NCBI GenBank assembly: GCA_951406725.2
Contig: OX597829.1
Location: forward strand, 40,548,001 to 40,612,000
Direction: 5' to 3'
DNA from: Octopus vulgaris
Taxonomy: Eukaryota
Length of the DNA stretch: 64,000 nt
Below the pieces are notes generated by a model. It worked only from the letters and a program-made list of their open reading frames with translations, was not told the DNA's origin and searched no databases. Positions 1 to 10,984 of this stretch are shown here, in pieces. The translations under genes and the position numbers were made by a program. Within the stretch, counting starts at the first letter, position 1. The number at the start of each line of letters is the position of its first letter.

Positions 1-689
1 TTTTTTTCCCCCCCTTCTTCTTTGAATGGTGTCCATCATAAACCTTTTGCAACATGAGTGTTAGAAATTGTCCTCAAGAGAATTGGTGTTTGATTCTGTA
101 CAATGAAGGAGAGGTGTGTGTGTGTGTGGGCGGGGAAGAAACAAAAATATTAAAAAAAAAACATATATGAAAATGAAGAGGCGGCTGAGTAAATTACATG
201 GCTTGCTTTTCCATTCCCACTGTGGTTTATCTATTGATGAGAGTTGATTATTTTGATAAAAGTTACATGATGGAAATCTTGTTACCCAAAATAGATATGC
301 GAAGGGTCGTGAAGTTGGTGCGGGTGAGGGGAAAGCTATTTCAGATAAAACGATGCTATTATTGACTGAGTACCTAAAGCTTCAGTTTCCATTTTGTGTG
401 TGTGCGTGTGTGCGTGTGTGTGTGTATTGGTTATATTGATTGTTTATTTCTTTTTAATTTTCGGTAAGTTCCATTCCATTTCATGGGTTAAGTGGAATAT
501 ATTCTACTGACTAATTATGCTGTGAACATAAAAGGCAGCAGAGTGGAAGAACTGGTTGACAACCTGATAAAACATCTTGTGCCGTGTATGTATGTATGTG
601 TGCGTGTGTGTGTATCTTTCTCTTTCTCTCTCTCATTCTATCTCTTTCTCTCTCTCTCTACATATATATATATATTATATAAAATAATC

Positions 690-844
690 ATCATCCTCAT
701 TTAACAGCTGCCTTCCATGTGCTGGCATAGATTGAACAGTTTGACAGGAGCTGGCCAGGTAGAAGCTTGCACTAGACTACTGTGTATGTTTTGGTAGGGT
801 TTTTACAGCTGGATGCCCTTCCAAACACCAACCACCCAGCAGAG

Positions 845-845
<1 letters not shown>
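690..845 (-). mobile_element. Degenerate 3' end of RTE-type LINE (family C, (GAT)n tail)
   Basis: CATCATC..TTTAAC..GGATGCCCTTCC..CCAACCAC motif shared with the better copies at 14178, 18711 and 52652. Confidence 0.6.
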
Positions 846-876
<31 letters not shown>

Positions 877-879
<3 letters not shown>

Positions 880-1895
880 GGGTTGGACAAAATAATGGAA
901 ACGCCTTAAAATTTAAAACAAATTTATTTTAATATGGGGTACGACCGCCTTTGGCAGTAATTAGTTTGAATTCTACAAGGTATGGACTCATACAAAGTTC
1001 GAATTGTTTCCAAAGGAATTTTTGTCCATTCTTCAGCTAAAACAGTCTCTAGTTCTTGTAGTGATGATGATGGAGGATATCGACTCCTTACTTGTTTTTC
1101 TAAAATGCACCATAAATGTTCAATAATATTGAGATCTGGGGACTGTGGTGGCCAGATAAGATGTTCAACTTCACTCGAATGTTCCTGGTGCCATTCAGTA
1201 ACAACTTTAGCCATGTGAATTGGTGCATTATCATCCTGGAAAATTGTGTTTCTCTCAGGAAACAGTTCCACAACCATAGGATAAATTTGATCAGATAAAA
1301 TGCTTAATTCTGCCATGAAGGGAAACCATTGGGCTTGCAGATTTCCAACATATAACTCCCCAGATCATCACAGATCCTCCTCCATGTTTAGCAGTTGGAA
1401 GAAGGTGGTCTGGATCAAATGCTTCTTTTGGCTGTCTCCATACGTATACTCAGCCAGTGGTCAGAAATAAGGTAAAGGATGACTCGTCTAAGAAAATAAC
1501 GTTCTTCCAATGCTCTAGGGACCAATTCTGTAGGTTTTTACTCCACTCTAAATGCTTTGCAACATTTGTTTTTGAAAGTAGTGGTTTTCAGATTGCAGCC
1601 CTTCCATGAAATGCGGCTTTCTGCAGCTCCCGGCGAACAGTTTTTGTGGAAACTGGGTTCTTGAGGTTGTCATTAAGCTCTGCAGTAATTTTGAGAGCTG
1701 TACTTTTGTGATCCTTTTTAATAATTCATGTAAGAATCCAACACTCTTTGTTTGAAATGTTTGGGTTTTCTTCCAGAGTTTTGTTTCGATGCAGAGGTTT
1801 TTCCATCTTTCTCAAAGCTGTCATTACTTTCAAGACAGTACTTTTTGATACACCAAACATTTAGGCTGTTTTTGTTATGCTAACACCTGCCATAT
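877..1895 (-). mobile_element. Tc1-superfamily DNA transposon remnant (DD36E spacing), broken transposase, one TIR
   Basis: TA|CAGGGGTTGGACAAAATAATGGAAAC terminus at 877. Minus-strand motifs: MAGVSITKTA*MFGVSKST (HTH), WKNVIFLDES, PTAKHGGGSVMIWG, FQDDNAPIH...WPPQSPDLNIIEHLW (ORF 924-1316). Stops and frameshifts present; other end missing. Confidence 0.92.
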
Positions 1896-2084
1896 GTTTG
1901 TGGGTACTAAAGAAACAGATATAATTGTATTGATGATTTTATTTATTTATTTTAGGTTGTTGTTTTTTTTTTAATATTTTTTGCCATTTTTCTTCTCTTA
2001 TATTGTAGTATGAAAATAATTGAAATGCTTTTTTTTTTTTTATTATTTATAAAGTATAACATTGCAGTTTTGTTTTCATTTCAG

Positions 2085-2636
2085 AGTTCTAAAAAGATGA
2101 CTGAAGGGTCGTCGCCAGTATTGTCACCTACCAGTAGCCAAACTCAAGAGAATAGTGTGGACGATGTTGAACCAAACCCTTCGTGCGTAGAAAACATCAC
2201 CAAAAATATTGGTGCAACAGTGACAACTGTTGTTACTTCCAGTACTGCAATTAAGCAAGAGCCTGTTGATTTTGACAACGACGAAAACTACCAAATCTCA
2301 TTCCAATCTCATTATGATAGCTTTAATTCTTCAGATTTAAATACAGGCCTGGTTCGGAACAGGCACAAACGTTGTATAGTAGATTCCAAGTTACCGTTGA
2401 TAAAACTGAGTCAGATAAAGTCTGTGTATGATAATAGGAACAGTGCAGGATCCACTACAATCAGGCAAATGTTTGCTCTTAAGAAGCGACTCAAACAAGA
2501 GCCACTAAATGGTGGCACAGACAACTGGTTGTCTCAAAAGACCAAAAGTAAGGACTTACAAGGGGATTTTGCTGTTGATATGCATAGGCAAGCTGATAAC
2601 AGTGATTCCCCATCTTCAGAGGCTGAATTTCCCAAG
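2085..2636 (+). CDS. Coding exon of an unidentified host gene (probably a nuclear/transcriptional regulator); ATG at 2097 may be the start
   Basis: Pyrimidine-rich acceptor TTTTCATTTCAG|A at 2084/2085 and donor AAG|GTAATT at 2636/2637. 552 nt, stop-free, non-repetitive, phase 0 at both ends. Ser/Thr-rich with IKQEP, LKQEP and KKRLK motifs. Confidence 0.75.
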
Positions 2637-3202
2637 GTAATTACAATTATATTCCAATTCATTCCATATCTGTTGTTGCTTCAATATTATGCTTTCAGTT
2701 TTCAACATTTGCTGTTAGCAACACTTGTTCTTTAGCAAGGAAAATGTTTGATTAGTTTTACAAATGCAATGATGTTTTTAACTACCAGATAACCAGAATT
2801 AAAGCTATATATATATATATATATATACACAGACATGCAGGAATTATTTTTCTTCTTTTCTTTTTGCCATATATGAGTTACAAATATTGTTGTCTATGGA
2901 GACATATTTTTGTAGAAAAAAGAAATATTAGTCCTTTGGCTGCTATTTCTAAAATTTTCGGGTTGTGGTGAAGCAACTTGTTGCAAAACCCTTATTGTTA
3001 TAATTATATAAGTTTTTACCGAATATGGTCCTTTTCCATACCGAAATACTACTAGGTGAAATTTGTTGATTTGATTAAATTAATTATCTTTCACCCTATA
3101 TCTGTAAAGTATATATATATATATATATGAAAACGTGTGCATGTTATAGTGAAAAATAATTCTATAGTAATTCTAAAGGATAATCTTAGATAATGATATA
3201 TA

Positions 3203-3488
3203 CACCATCTCCTCGACTTACAACTGAGTTCCATTCCAACTAAGTCAATCTGGTCATATGTTGGATTTATATTTTCCACCACTATTTCCATTCAAACACA
3301 ACTGATGCTTGAAAGTGACTGAGTGAAAGACAGTGGCAGGCAGTGGATGCCTGGATCTGAGGGAGACCTGCGTTGCCAGATTCTGCCATAGTTATCACAC
3401 ACACAGCTGCCCAGCATCCGAAAATCAGTTTATTTTTTTCTTTCTTTCTTTTTTTTTTTTTTTGTGGTCGTAAGTCGAGGAGAAGGTG
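3203..3488. mobile_element. 286-bp MITE with Tigger/pogo-like TIRs and TA TSD
   Basis: TA-CACCATCTCCTCGACTTACAAC ... GTCGTAAGTCGAGGAGAAGGTG-TA; 20/22 inverted match. Confidence 0.85.
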
Positions 3489-4238
3489 TAAATGTAAACA
3501 TGGCAATCTAAAGCTGGTGTCCAGTGAAGAAACAAATGTGATCTGCTATTTTCCATCTTCATATTATATTATTTTTCTGTGTGTGTGTGTGTGTGTGTGT
3601 ATGCGCGTTTGTTTTTATGAACAGTTATATAAATCAGGAGTGGCAGTGTGATATGTAACTTGCTTCCTAACCACATGGGTGGGTAGAGCAATGTAAATGA
3701 AAATTAGGTGTGATATAAGTAAGTTTGTAAGCAGAAAGGAGAACTGGTTGTATAGAAACAGAGAATGGAGAAGGACAAGAGGAAAGGATATGTTTGTTAG
3801 GAGGAGATGAACAGGAAAGGAAAGTTTAGACAGTTTTTCTGGTTTGATAGAGGGTTTATTTTAATTTGAGCTCAGTAAGCCGTGTATGTGAAGCAGTCTG
3901 TCAGAAGTATGTTTGTAAAGGGATTCATGTTGCAGATGTGTAATATTCAGGTCACAACTTGTGTTGATTGAATGTTTATTTTTATTTATTTATTTTTTAA
4001 TAAATTGTCTAGATTCTTCATATATAATAAGATGGTGCATGTATATGTGTGTGTGTTCTACCTGTTTTCATCAGCAGTGTCGCATCAAGCAAAAGTTAAC
4101 TTAGCCACTCCACAAATGAATATAGACAGATAAAAATAAGAATCAGACCGAAATAAACTCTGTAGTTGCTGAGGCCAATTAAATCCTTAAAGGCAACACT
4201 CTAGAATAACTCTTATGCTATGACTGAAATAAAAAGGA

Positions 4239-4289
<51 letters not shown>

Positions 4290-4765
4290 TATATATAGTG
4301 TAATAAATAAAATATATGCATACATACAAGCATATATGTACATACCTACATCTACATGTATATATAGATGCATATATAAATATATATACGTAAGTACAGA
4401 ACACCACAAATAGACGTAGAACTCAACAGAAACGAAAACGGAAAAGCCAATTTTTTACAACAGAAAAACAGAGACGTGGAACTGGACGAGAACGAAAACA
4501 GGAAAAACATTATTTTACAACAGAAAAACAGAGTACAGGACATGCTACACAAGGAAAAATCCCCAATCATCAGCTGTCGCTAGTAGACTTAAGCATGTTT
4601 CGAAGGCAAGACAGGACACGACTCGTCAATACTAGGCCTTCCTGCGAGAGAATTAAAATAAAATTACCTCGCAGAGGGGTAAAACAAGCACAAAAAAATG
4701 TACGAAAAAAATGTAACACAAACAGGACGTAACAATAAAACGGCACAATAAAATACAAGAATATG
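4290..4765 (-). mobile_element. Penelope-like pseudo-LTR/retrozyme-like module with hammerhead motif, embedded in (TA)n/(CA)n
   Basis: Microsatellite on both sides, internal ~60-bp duplication (4440-4540), HHR-like motif at 4580-4635, diverged opposite-strand homolog at 6205-6510. Confidence 0.55.
4580..4635 (-). ncRNA. Type I hammerhead ribozyme motif (C3U variant)
   Basis: Minus strand: CTAGTA-TTGACGA-(21 nt)-GAAAC-atgcttaa-GTC|TACTAG; stem I CTAGTA/TACTAG, GUC triplet. Confidence 0.6.
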
Positions 4766-4771
4766 TATATA

Positions 4772-4821
<50 letters not shown>

Positions 4822-5450
4822 GCATATATATATACATATGTGTGTGTAATGTGTGTATGTATATTTATATATATATATATATATATACACACACTTCGTT
4901 TTTGTATCTGGTTTGCAAGATTCTTTACGTGAATCCGTAAGCTAAAGCAAATTTTGTTGTCTGGTGAGTGTGTTAGATATTAAGACTGTATGATTCTCTC
5001 CAGAAACAGCAATATATATATACATATATATTTCTTTGTGTGTATGCAGCAAACAGATGCACAGCCAGATAATATATAATACCTTGCATGCATACGTACA
5101 TACATACATACATACATACATACATACATACATACATACATACATACACACACCTCAACATTATATTGGTAATTGGTTCCAAGACGTGACTTAAGCTGAA
5201 AATCGTAACATGAAAAAACATTTTTTTTTTTAAAGTATATTAGCTTTTAATAAATGATTTGAACATATTTTCACATGTATTTTATATTTTTCCACTTCAG
5301 CTTTTGTCTTTGGGTGTTCTTTTGTTGTTGTTGTTGTTGTTGTTTTTTTTAACTTTTAAATCTTCACCAAGAGACCAATGTAAAGTCAAATAAATCAACT
5401 GAAGTTTAGGGTTATTTTTTTCCAATTAAAAAAATAAAACCAAACAATAT

Positions 5451-5689
5451 GTGGAGGCGCAATGGCCCAGTGGTTAGGGCAGCGGACTTGCGGTCGGAGG
5501 ATCGCGGTTTTGATTCCCAGACCGGGCGTTGTGTGTGTTTATTGAGCGAAAACACCTAAAAGCTCCACGAGGCTCCGGCAGGGGATGGTGGTGTTCCCTG
5601 CTGTACTCTTTCACCACTCTAAAGGCGGTGCTCCAGCATGGCCGCAGTCAAATGACTGAAACAAGTACAAAAAAAAAAAAAAAAAAAAA
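5451..5689 (+). mobile_element. Chimeric tRNA-derived SINE: family V head/body with family A (CR1-type) tail
   Basis: A box TGGCCCAGTGG and B-box-like GGTTTTGATTCC; body matches 40146-40457; ends GGCGGTGCTCCAGCATGGCCGCAGTCAAATGACTGAAAC plus poly(A). Confidence 0.8.
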
Positions 5690-5999
5690 TATAAAGTTGT
5701 AAAAGTTCTCAGGGATAGTGGCATAAGCTGAGGTATGCTTGTGTGTGTGTGTGTGTGTGTGTGTGTGTCAGTGTGTATTCAAAATTGTACAGAAACAAAA
5801 AGACCAAAAGACAGAGACAGGTGAGGGGAACAACAAACATTAGTTTGACACTGAGGGAAAATGGAAGAAGTCTTTGATGTTTCAAACCTATGCTCTTCTA
5901 TGAAAAGGGATGAAGAGAGAAAACAGATGAATAGAAAGAAAGAAAAAAGAGAGATATAAATATTTGTGTGTGTGTGTGTATGTATGTATAGGGGTATGA

Positions 6000-6044
<45 letters not shown>

Positions 6045-6543
6045 ACGCATATTTGGAAAAAGCAAGAAAAAGAGTACAATGAAATAACTACAGGTGTGAA
6101 ATATCCATTATTTCAGGATATTTTATCCTATGTATATAAGATGTGTGCGTGTGTGTGTGTCTGTCTGTCTCCCTCTTACATGTATGAATATATATATTTA
6201 TTTAATTTGCTTTGTGGGAAGGACTGTTTCAACGAAGTCGCATCTTGTCCTTACCTTTGAAACACAGAGTAAATGAAACAGGGACAACTAAAGAAGGGGA
6301 ATATTCTTTGTTGTATGTCTCCTTTCTCTGGTTTTTTTTTTTGTTGTTTGAAAAAAAATTCGTTTATATGTTTTTGTTTTTATGTTTTCATTTCTCATTG
6401 TGTTCAACGTTTTTTTGATGTCCTGTACCCATATATGCATATATATGTAGGTATGTACATATATGTATGTATATATGCATGTATTTATATATTATTCATA
6501 TTATAATATGATCAAGTGCCATGCATCCTTTTCCAAGTATATA

Positions 6544-6576
<33 letters not shown>

Positions 6577-6582
<6 letters not shown>

Positions 6583-6773
6583 TTTATAGAAGGAGCTTCT
6601 ACAGGACTAGAACTGTTTCATTCAAAAGAAATCATCAGGAAGCTTCCTGATGATTTCTTTTGAATGAAACAGTTCTAGTCCTGTAGAAGCTCCTTCTATA
6701 AAATAAATTAATTTACTCTGCTATGTATTGAATACCTTATTTACTGTGGTTAACCCCGACTCAACCCGGGACC

Positions 6774-6776
<3 letters not shown>
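6577..6776. mobile_element. Penelope-like inverted pseudo-LTR insertion in (TA)n; 132-bp perfect palindrome at 6577-6708
   Basis: 66-bp arms with no spacer, centred on AAG|CTT (6642/6643), followed by 68 bp of unique sequence; (TA)n on both sides. Confidence 0.75.
6641..6691 (+). ncRNA. Type I hammerhead ribozyme (mirror copy on the minus strand at 6594-6644)
   Basis: AGCTTC-CTGATGA-tTTCttttGAAt-GAA-ACAG-ttctagtc-CTGT-A|GAAGCT: stem I 6 bp, intact core, stem III 4 bp, GUA cleavage triplet ending at 6685. Confidence 0.8.
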
Positions 6777-6808
<32 letters not shown>

Positions 6809-6894
6809 TGAGAGCTTCAAAAGTCCCGTCTGTGTTGTTTTTTTGTCGTCTTCAAAATGTTTCATGTTCTTGTCCCAGTTTGTGTTTTTTTAAC

Positions 6895-6938
<44 letters not shown>

Positions 6939-7386
6939 TTCAGAGCAAAACTATGTAGATTGAATGCAATTGACTGTTGGAAAGTGTAAAAAAACAGAAC
7001 AAGTTAATTATTGTCTGGAATATAAAGTGAGAAACAAGTCCATTATAAATCAGAACTTTTGAGTAGACAGCTAAGAGTTAAATGAAACACAACTAAACTT
7101 ACTCGCTTTCTTTGTAAATGAGGGAACGCTGATATCAGTTGGTAATGAGATTCTGATAATTGCCATGTGCCTGATGAACACTATATGAAAAGGTGTGTCA
7201 GGGTGTGTTGTCTGTCATGTATAGAGTTATGTTAGATATCTGAGGGGAAATATATCTGTGGAAAAGCTGTGATTCAGCAACAGAGCTGATGATGCCAGAA
7301 TTTACTGCTATTTACTCTGTGTGTGTGTGTCTGTCTGTGTGTGTGTGTGTGTCTGTCTGTCTGTGTGTGTGTGTGTGTGTGTATGA

Positions 7387-7418
<32 letters not shown>

Positions 7419-7715
7419 CTGGTATTCATAATAGCTTTATCCTTCCCTCATCATTATACAGAAGCCTTTCATTTTCTTTCTCTCTCCTCTTTCTTTCCTC
7501 TCTCCCTCTCCCTCTCTCTCTCTCTCCCCTCTCTGCCTCTCTCTTCTCACACACAAACATATGGGGAAAATGAAAGGCTTTTATATAATGAAGGTGGTGA
7601 GGGAAGTCTGTAGGTCCCACCTCTTTTAGATCTATCAACAAAAGGAGACCCTGCTCCTGAGTATCATATCTTAAGTTTGTGTCATAGAAGTAGGTGATAG
7701 ACTAGACTTTAATCT

Positions 7716-7927
7716 ATTTCTTTACTACCCACAAGGGGCTAAACACAGAGGGGACAAATAAGGACAGACATCGACCCCAGTGCGTAACTGGTACTTAATT
7801 TATCGACCCCGAAAGGATGAAAGGCAAAGTCAACCTCAGCAGAATTTGAACTCAGACTGTAACGGCGGACGAAATACTGCTAAGCATTTCTCCCGACATG
7901 CTAACGTTTCTGCCAGCTCGCCGCCTT
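7716..7927 (-). mobile_element. SINE family B (central GTCGACTTTGCCTTTCATCCTTTCGGGGTCG domain)
   Basis: Matches the copies at 32917 and 53768; flanked by the CTAGACTTTAATCT duplication. Confidence 0.85.
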
Positions 7928-7954
7928 TAATCTAGACTTTAATCTGACACATGT

Positions 7955-8402
7955 TCCAACCAGTTTGGTGCTACCCTGCTTGAAACCACTCCTGGTCCTG
8001 TTTTAGTTCGATCTAAATTAAAACCTCCCATCAAAATTTCATGCTAACCTATGTTCCAAAAACCAGGTTAATAATGACAAATTCTTCATCATTTTCAAAA
8101 TTAAATGAAATTAAGTTCTATGAAATATGGTAGCGAAAGGGGTGACACCACCACTGGGCTTCAGATGTCTTAACCATTTTGTTATTGTACTTCTATCGAA
8201 ACGTACTACCTTTGTGTCAATTAACTTCCAAAATGATGAAGGATTTATTAAAATAACTTAGGCATTATTAAACTAGAGTTTTAAACATAAATCAAACATG
8301 TAATTTTGATGAAAGTTTTCAATTTAAATCACTTAAAAAGAGGAAGTTTATGTTGTAGACCCAGGGACCAGTTTCAGACAGGTCAGTACCAAAAATGTTT
8401 GA
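7955..8402. mobile_element. Two degenerate, oppositely oriented copies of a TTAA-type MITE (family E2)
   Basis: Homologous to 52015-52570; decayed TTAACC...GGG ends. Confidence 0.55.
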
Positions 8403-9197
8403 AGTCCCCACTGCCGCCAGCAGTCAGGGGCAGGTCTTTGCTCTGAGGATAAATTCCCCCACCCCTCCACCCCATCAGTTGTAGACCCAGGGACCAGTTT
8501 CAGACAAGGTCAGTACCAAAAATGTTTGAAGTCCCCACTGCCGCCAGCAGTCAGGGGCAGGTCTTTGCTCTGAGGATAAATTCCCCCACCCCTCCACCCC
8601 ATCAGTTGTAGACCCAGGGACCAGTTTCAGACAGGTCAGTACCAAAAATGTTTGAAGTCCCCACTGCCGCCAGCAGTCAGGGGCAGGTCTTTGCTCTGAG
8701 GATAAATTCCCCCACCCCCCACCCCATCAGTTGTAGACCCAGGGACCAGTTTCAGACAGGTCAGTACCAAACATGTTTGAAGTCCCCACTGCCGCCAGCA
8801 GTCAGGGGTAGGTCTTTGCTCTGAGGATAAATTCCCCCACCCCTCCACCCCATCAGTTGTAGACCCAGGGACCAGTTTCAGACAGGTCAGTACCAAAAAT
8901 GTTTGAAGTCCCCACTGCCGCCAGCAGTCAGGGGTAGGTCTTTGCTCTGAGGATAAATTCCCCCCACCCCACCCCATCAGTTGTAGACCCAGGGACCAGT
9001 TTCAGACAGGTCAGTACCAAAAATGTTTGAAGTCCCCACTGCCGCCAGCAGTCAGGGGCAGGTCTTTGCTCTGAGGATAAATTCCCCCACCCCTCCACCC
9101 CATCAGTTGTAGACCCAGGGACCAGTTTCAGACAGGTCAGTACCAAACATGTTTGAAGTCCCCACTGCCGCCAGCAGTCAGGGGCAGGTCTTTGCTC
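8352..9197. repeat. 126-bp minisatellite, ~6.7 near-identical copies
   Basis: GTTGTAGACCCAGGG restarts at 8352, 8478, 8605, 8730, 8856, 8980 and 9106. Confidence 0.97.
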
Positions 9198-9380
9198 AGT
9201 CTCAGAAGCCCAGAAAAAGAGCCACGGGTACTACACTTCCGTCTATGACTAAGTCTGTAATGATAACAACAACATATCTGGAAGTAGTTTGCTATGACTG
9301 CAGGCACAGTGTAATTTATTCAACCAATCAATGAGCAGATGATCCCATCCCTAGACTGTGCATGCGTGCCTGCCTCTGTG

Positions 9381-9411
<31 letters not shown>

Positions 9412-9412
9412 A

Positions 9413-9478
<66 letters not shown>

Positions 9479-9701
9479 ATAATTAGGATGACCAAACCTT
9501 AGCTAAAGGTAACATATAATCATCTTTGTTTTGGCAATTGTGTTCATGAGTGGGTAGGAGAAGAAAAAAAAATAAAAAGACTATTAAAGGTTAAGAGAAA
9601 AAAAATTCAACCAACCACGACATGACTTATGCTGTTTAGTATCAGGTAGCAAAAACTCTGTAAGCTTTTGTATGTAAACATCCTTGAAGTGTACATACAT
9701 G

Positions 9702-9756
<55 letters not shown>

Positions 9757-10261
9757 CATAAACTCTCCCTATATATATATGTATGTATGTATATATGTAT
9801 GTATGTGTGCATAGAGGTGTATTAATACATATATATATATATAGAGAGAGAGAGATACATACACTCATATATGCACGAGTGATATGTGTGTACATGTGTG
9901 TGCAAGTGTGGTATGAGAGTGCATGGGTGGGTGGGTGGGTGGGTGGGTAAGTTTGTGTATGAGTGTGTGTGTGTGTGTGTGTCTATATGTATGTGTGTGT
10001 ACACATGTCATCACTCTCTTAGGCATCCATCACTCTCTTACCAGCTATTATGTTTTACAACTTCTAAAAGAAGCAAACACACACACACACACATGCACGC
10101 ACACACACACAACATAAAATAACACATGTTCTTACTATTGGGGAATGAAACAACTCACACTAAATCTCGTGTTTATTGAATGATATATATATGATGGGCT
10201 TCCACACAGTTTCCATCTAGCAAATTTACCCACAATGCATTGATTGCCCATGGCGATAATA

Positions 10262-10980
10262 TTGGGTCATCTCATAAATAATGCAGTTTTTTTTTTATAC
10301 TTCTTTTATATTTCAAAATTAAGATGAACAAAGTTTTTTTTTTTTTTTTTATCTAAAATATACTCTCCTTCATTTTCTACAATGCTCTTCCATCTATCTG
10401 GTAGACTTGCAAAGCCGCTCTTCCAAAATTCACTTGTCCTTGGACAAAAAATAAACCTCCAATAACTGTTCTCACCTTGTCTACAGAATTCATATTTTTT
10501 CTATCCTAATGACTTTGAAGACTGCAAAATAAATGATAATCAGATGGGGCAATATCTGGCAAATATGATAGGCAGGGCATCGTTTCCCATTCAAACTGCT
10601 CCAACCTGGTTGTATGTGGTTGAGTATTATCCTGATGGATGAACGCCTTTCGTCTTGGAACCAAAGATGGTCATTTTTCTTCTAGCGTTGATTTGACCCT
10701 TTAGTGTTCAGATTAATTTGTAATACTTTTATCAATCGAATTGTTTTGAATTACATTATCTTACAGCTTTGAAGTTTCAATGGTGTGATTGTTTATTCTT
10801 AGAATGTCAATGTAGGTTAGGTGTAAGGGGCTAGATATGGCCAGTTTGAATGTAAAACATGTAGGATATTTGGGCCGGATGTGGCCGGCTTAAACACCAA
10901 AGGGTTAAGCCACTCAAGCTGCTTGCAGAAGATCTCCTTTGTTATCGTTTGGTTTGGGTTTAAAAGTTCAAAGTAGTGGC
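10262..10980 (-). mobile_element. Mariner transposon 3' remnant, interrupted by a MITE
   Basis: TA|TTGGGTCATCTCATAAATAATGC TIR; homologous to 22990-23479 (HQDN and PDIAPSDYHLF regions on the minus strand). Confidence 0.85.
10697..10904. mobile_element. piggyBac-type MITE (family E1) inserted at TTAA inside the mariner
   Basis: TTGA|CCCTTTAGTGTT ... AACACCAAAGGG|TTAA; same family as 25751-25964. Confidence 0.85.
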
Positions 10981-10984
10981 ACTT

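Noticed and set aside
2010-2735. 241-aa ORF as a single-exon gene with hydrophobic ends (signal peptide/TM)
   Set aside because: The hydrophobic ends are T-rich intron sequence outside the AG/GT sites at 2084 and 2637
5451-5530. tRNA genes at SINE heads (also 32450-32530, 40380-40457, 52180-52250)
   Set aside because: A/B boxes continue into SINE bodies with tails and TSDs; no intact acceptor stem
7165-7205. CTGATGA...GAAA...GTC hammerhead-like string
   Set aside because: Stems I and III cannot be paired convincingly
8352-9197. CRISPR-like array or repeat-protein exon
   Set aside because: No unique spacers, no cas genes, eukaryotic context; frame broken by unit-length variation and no splice evidence
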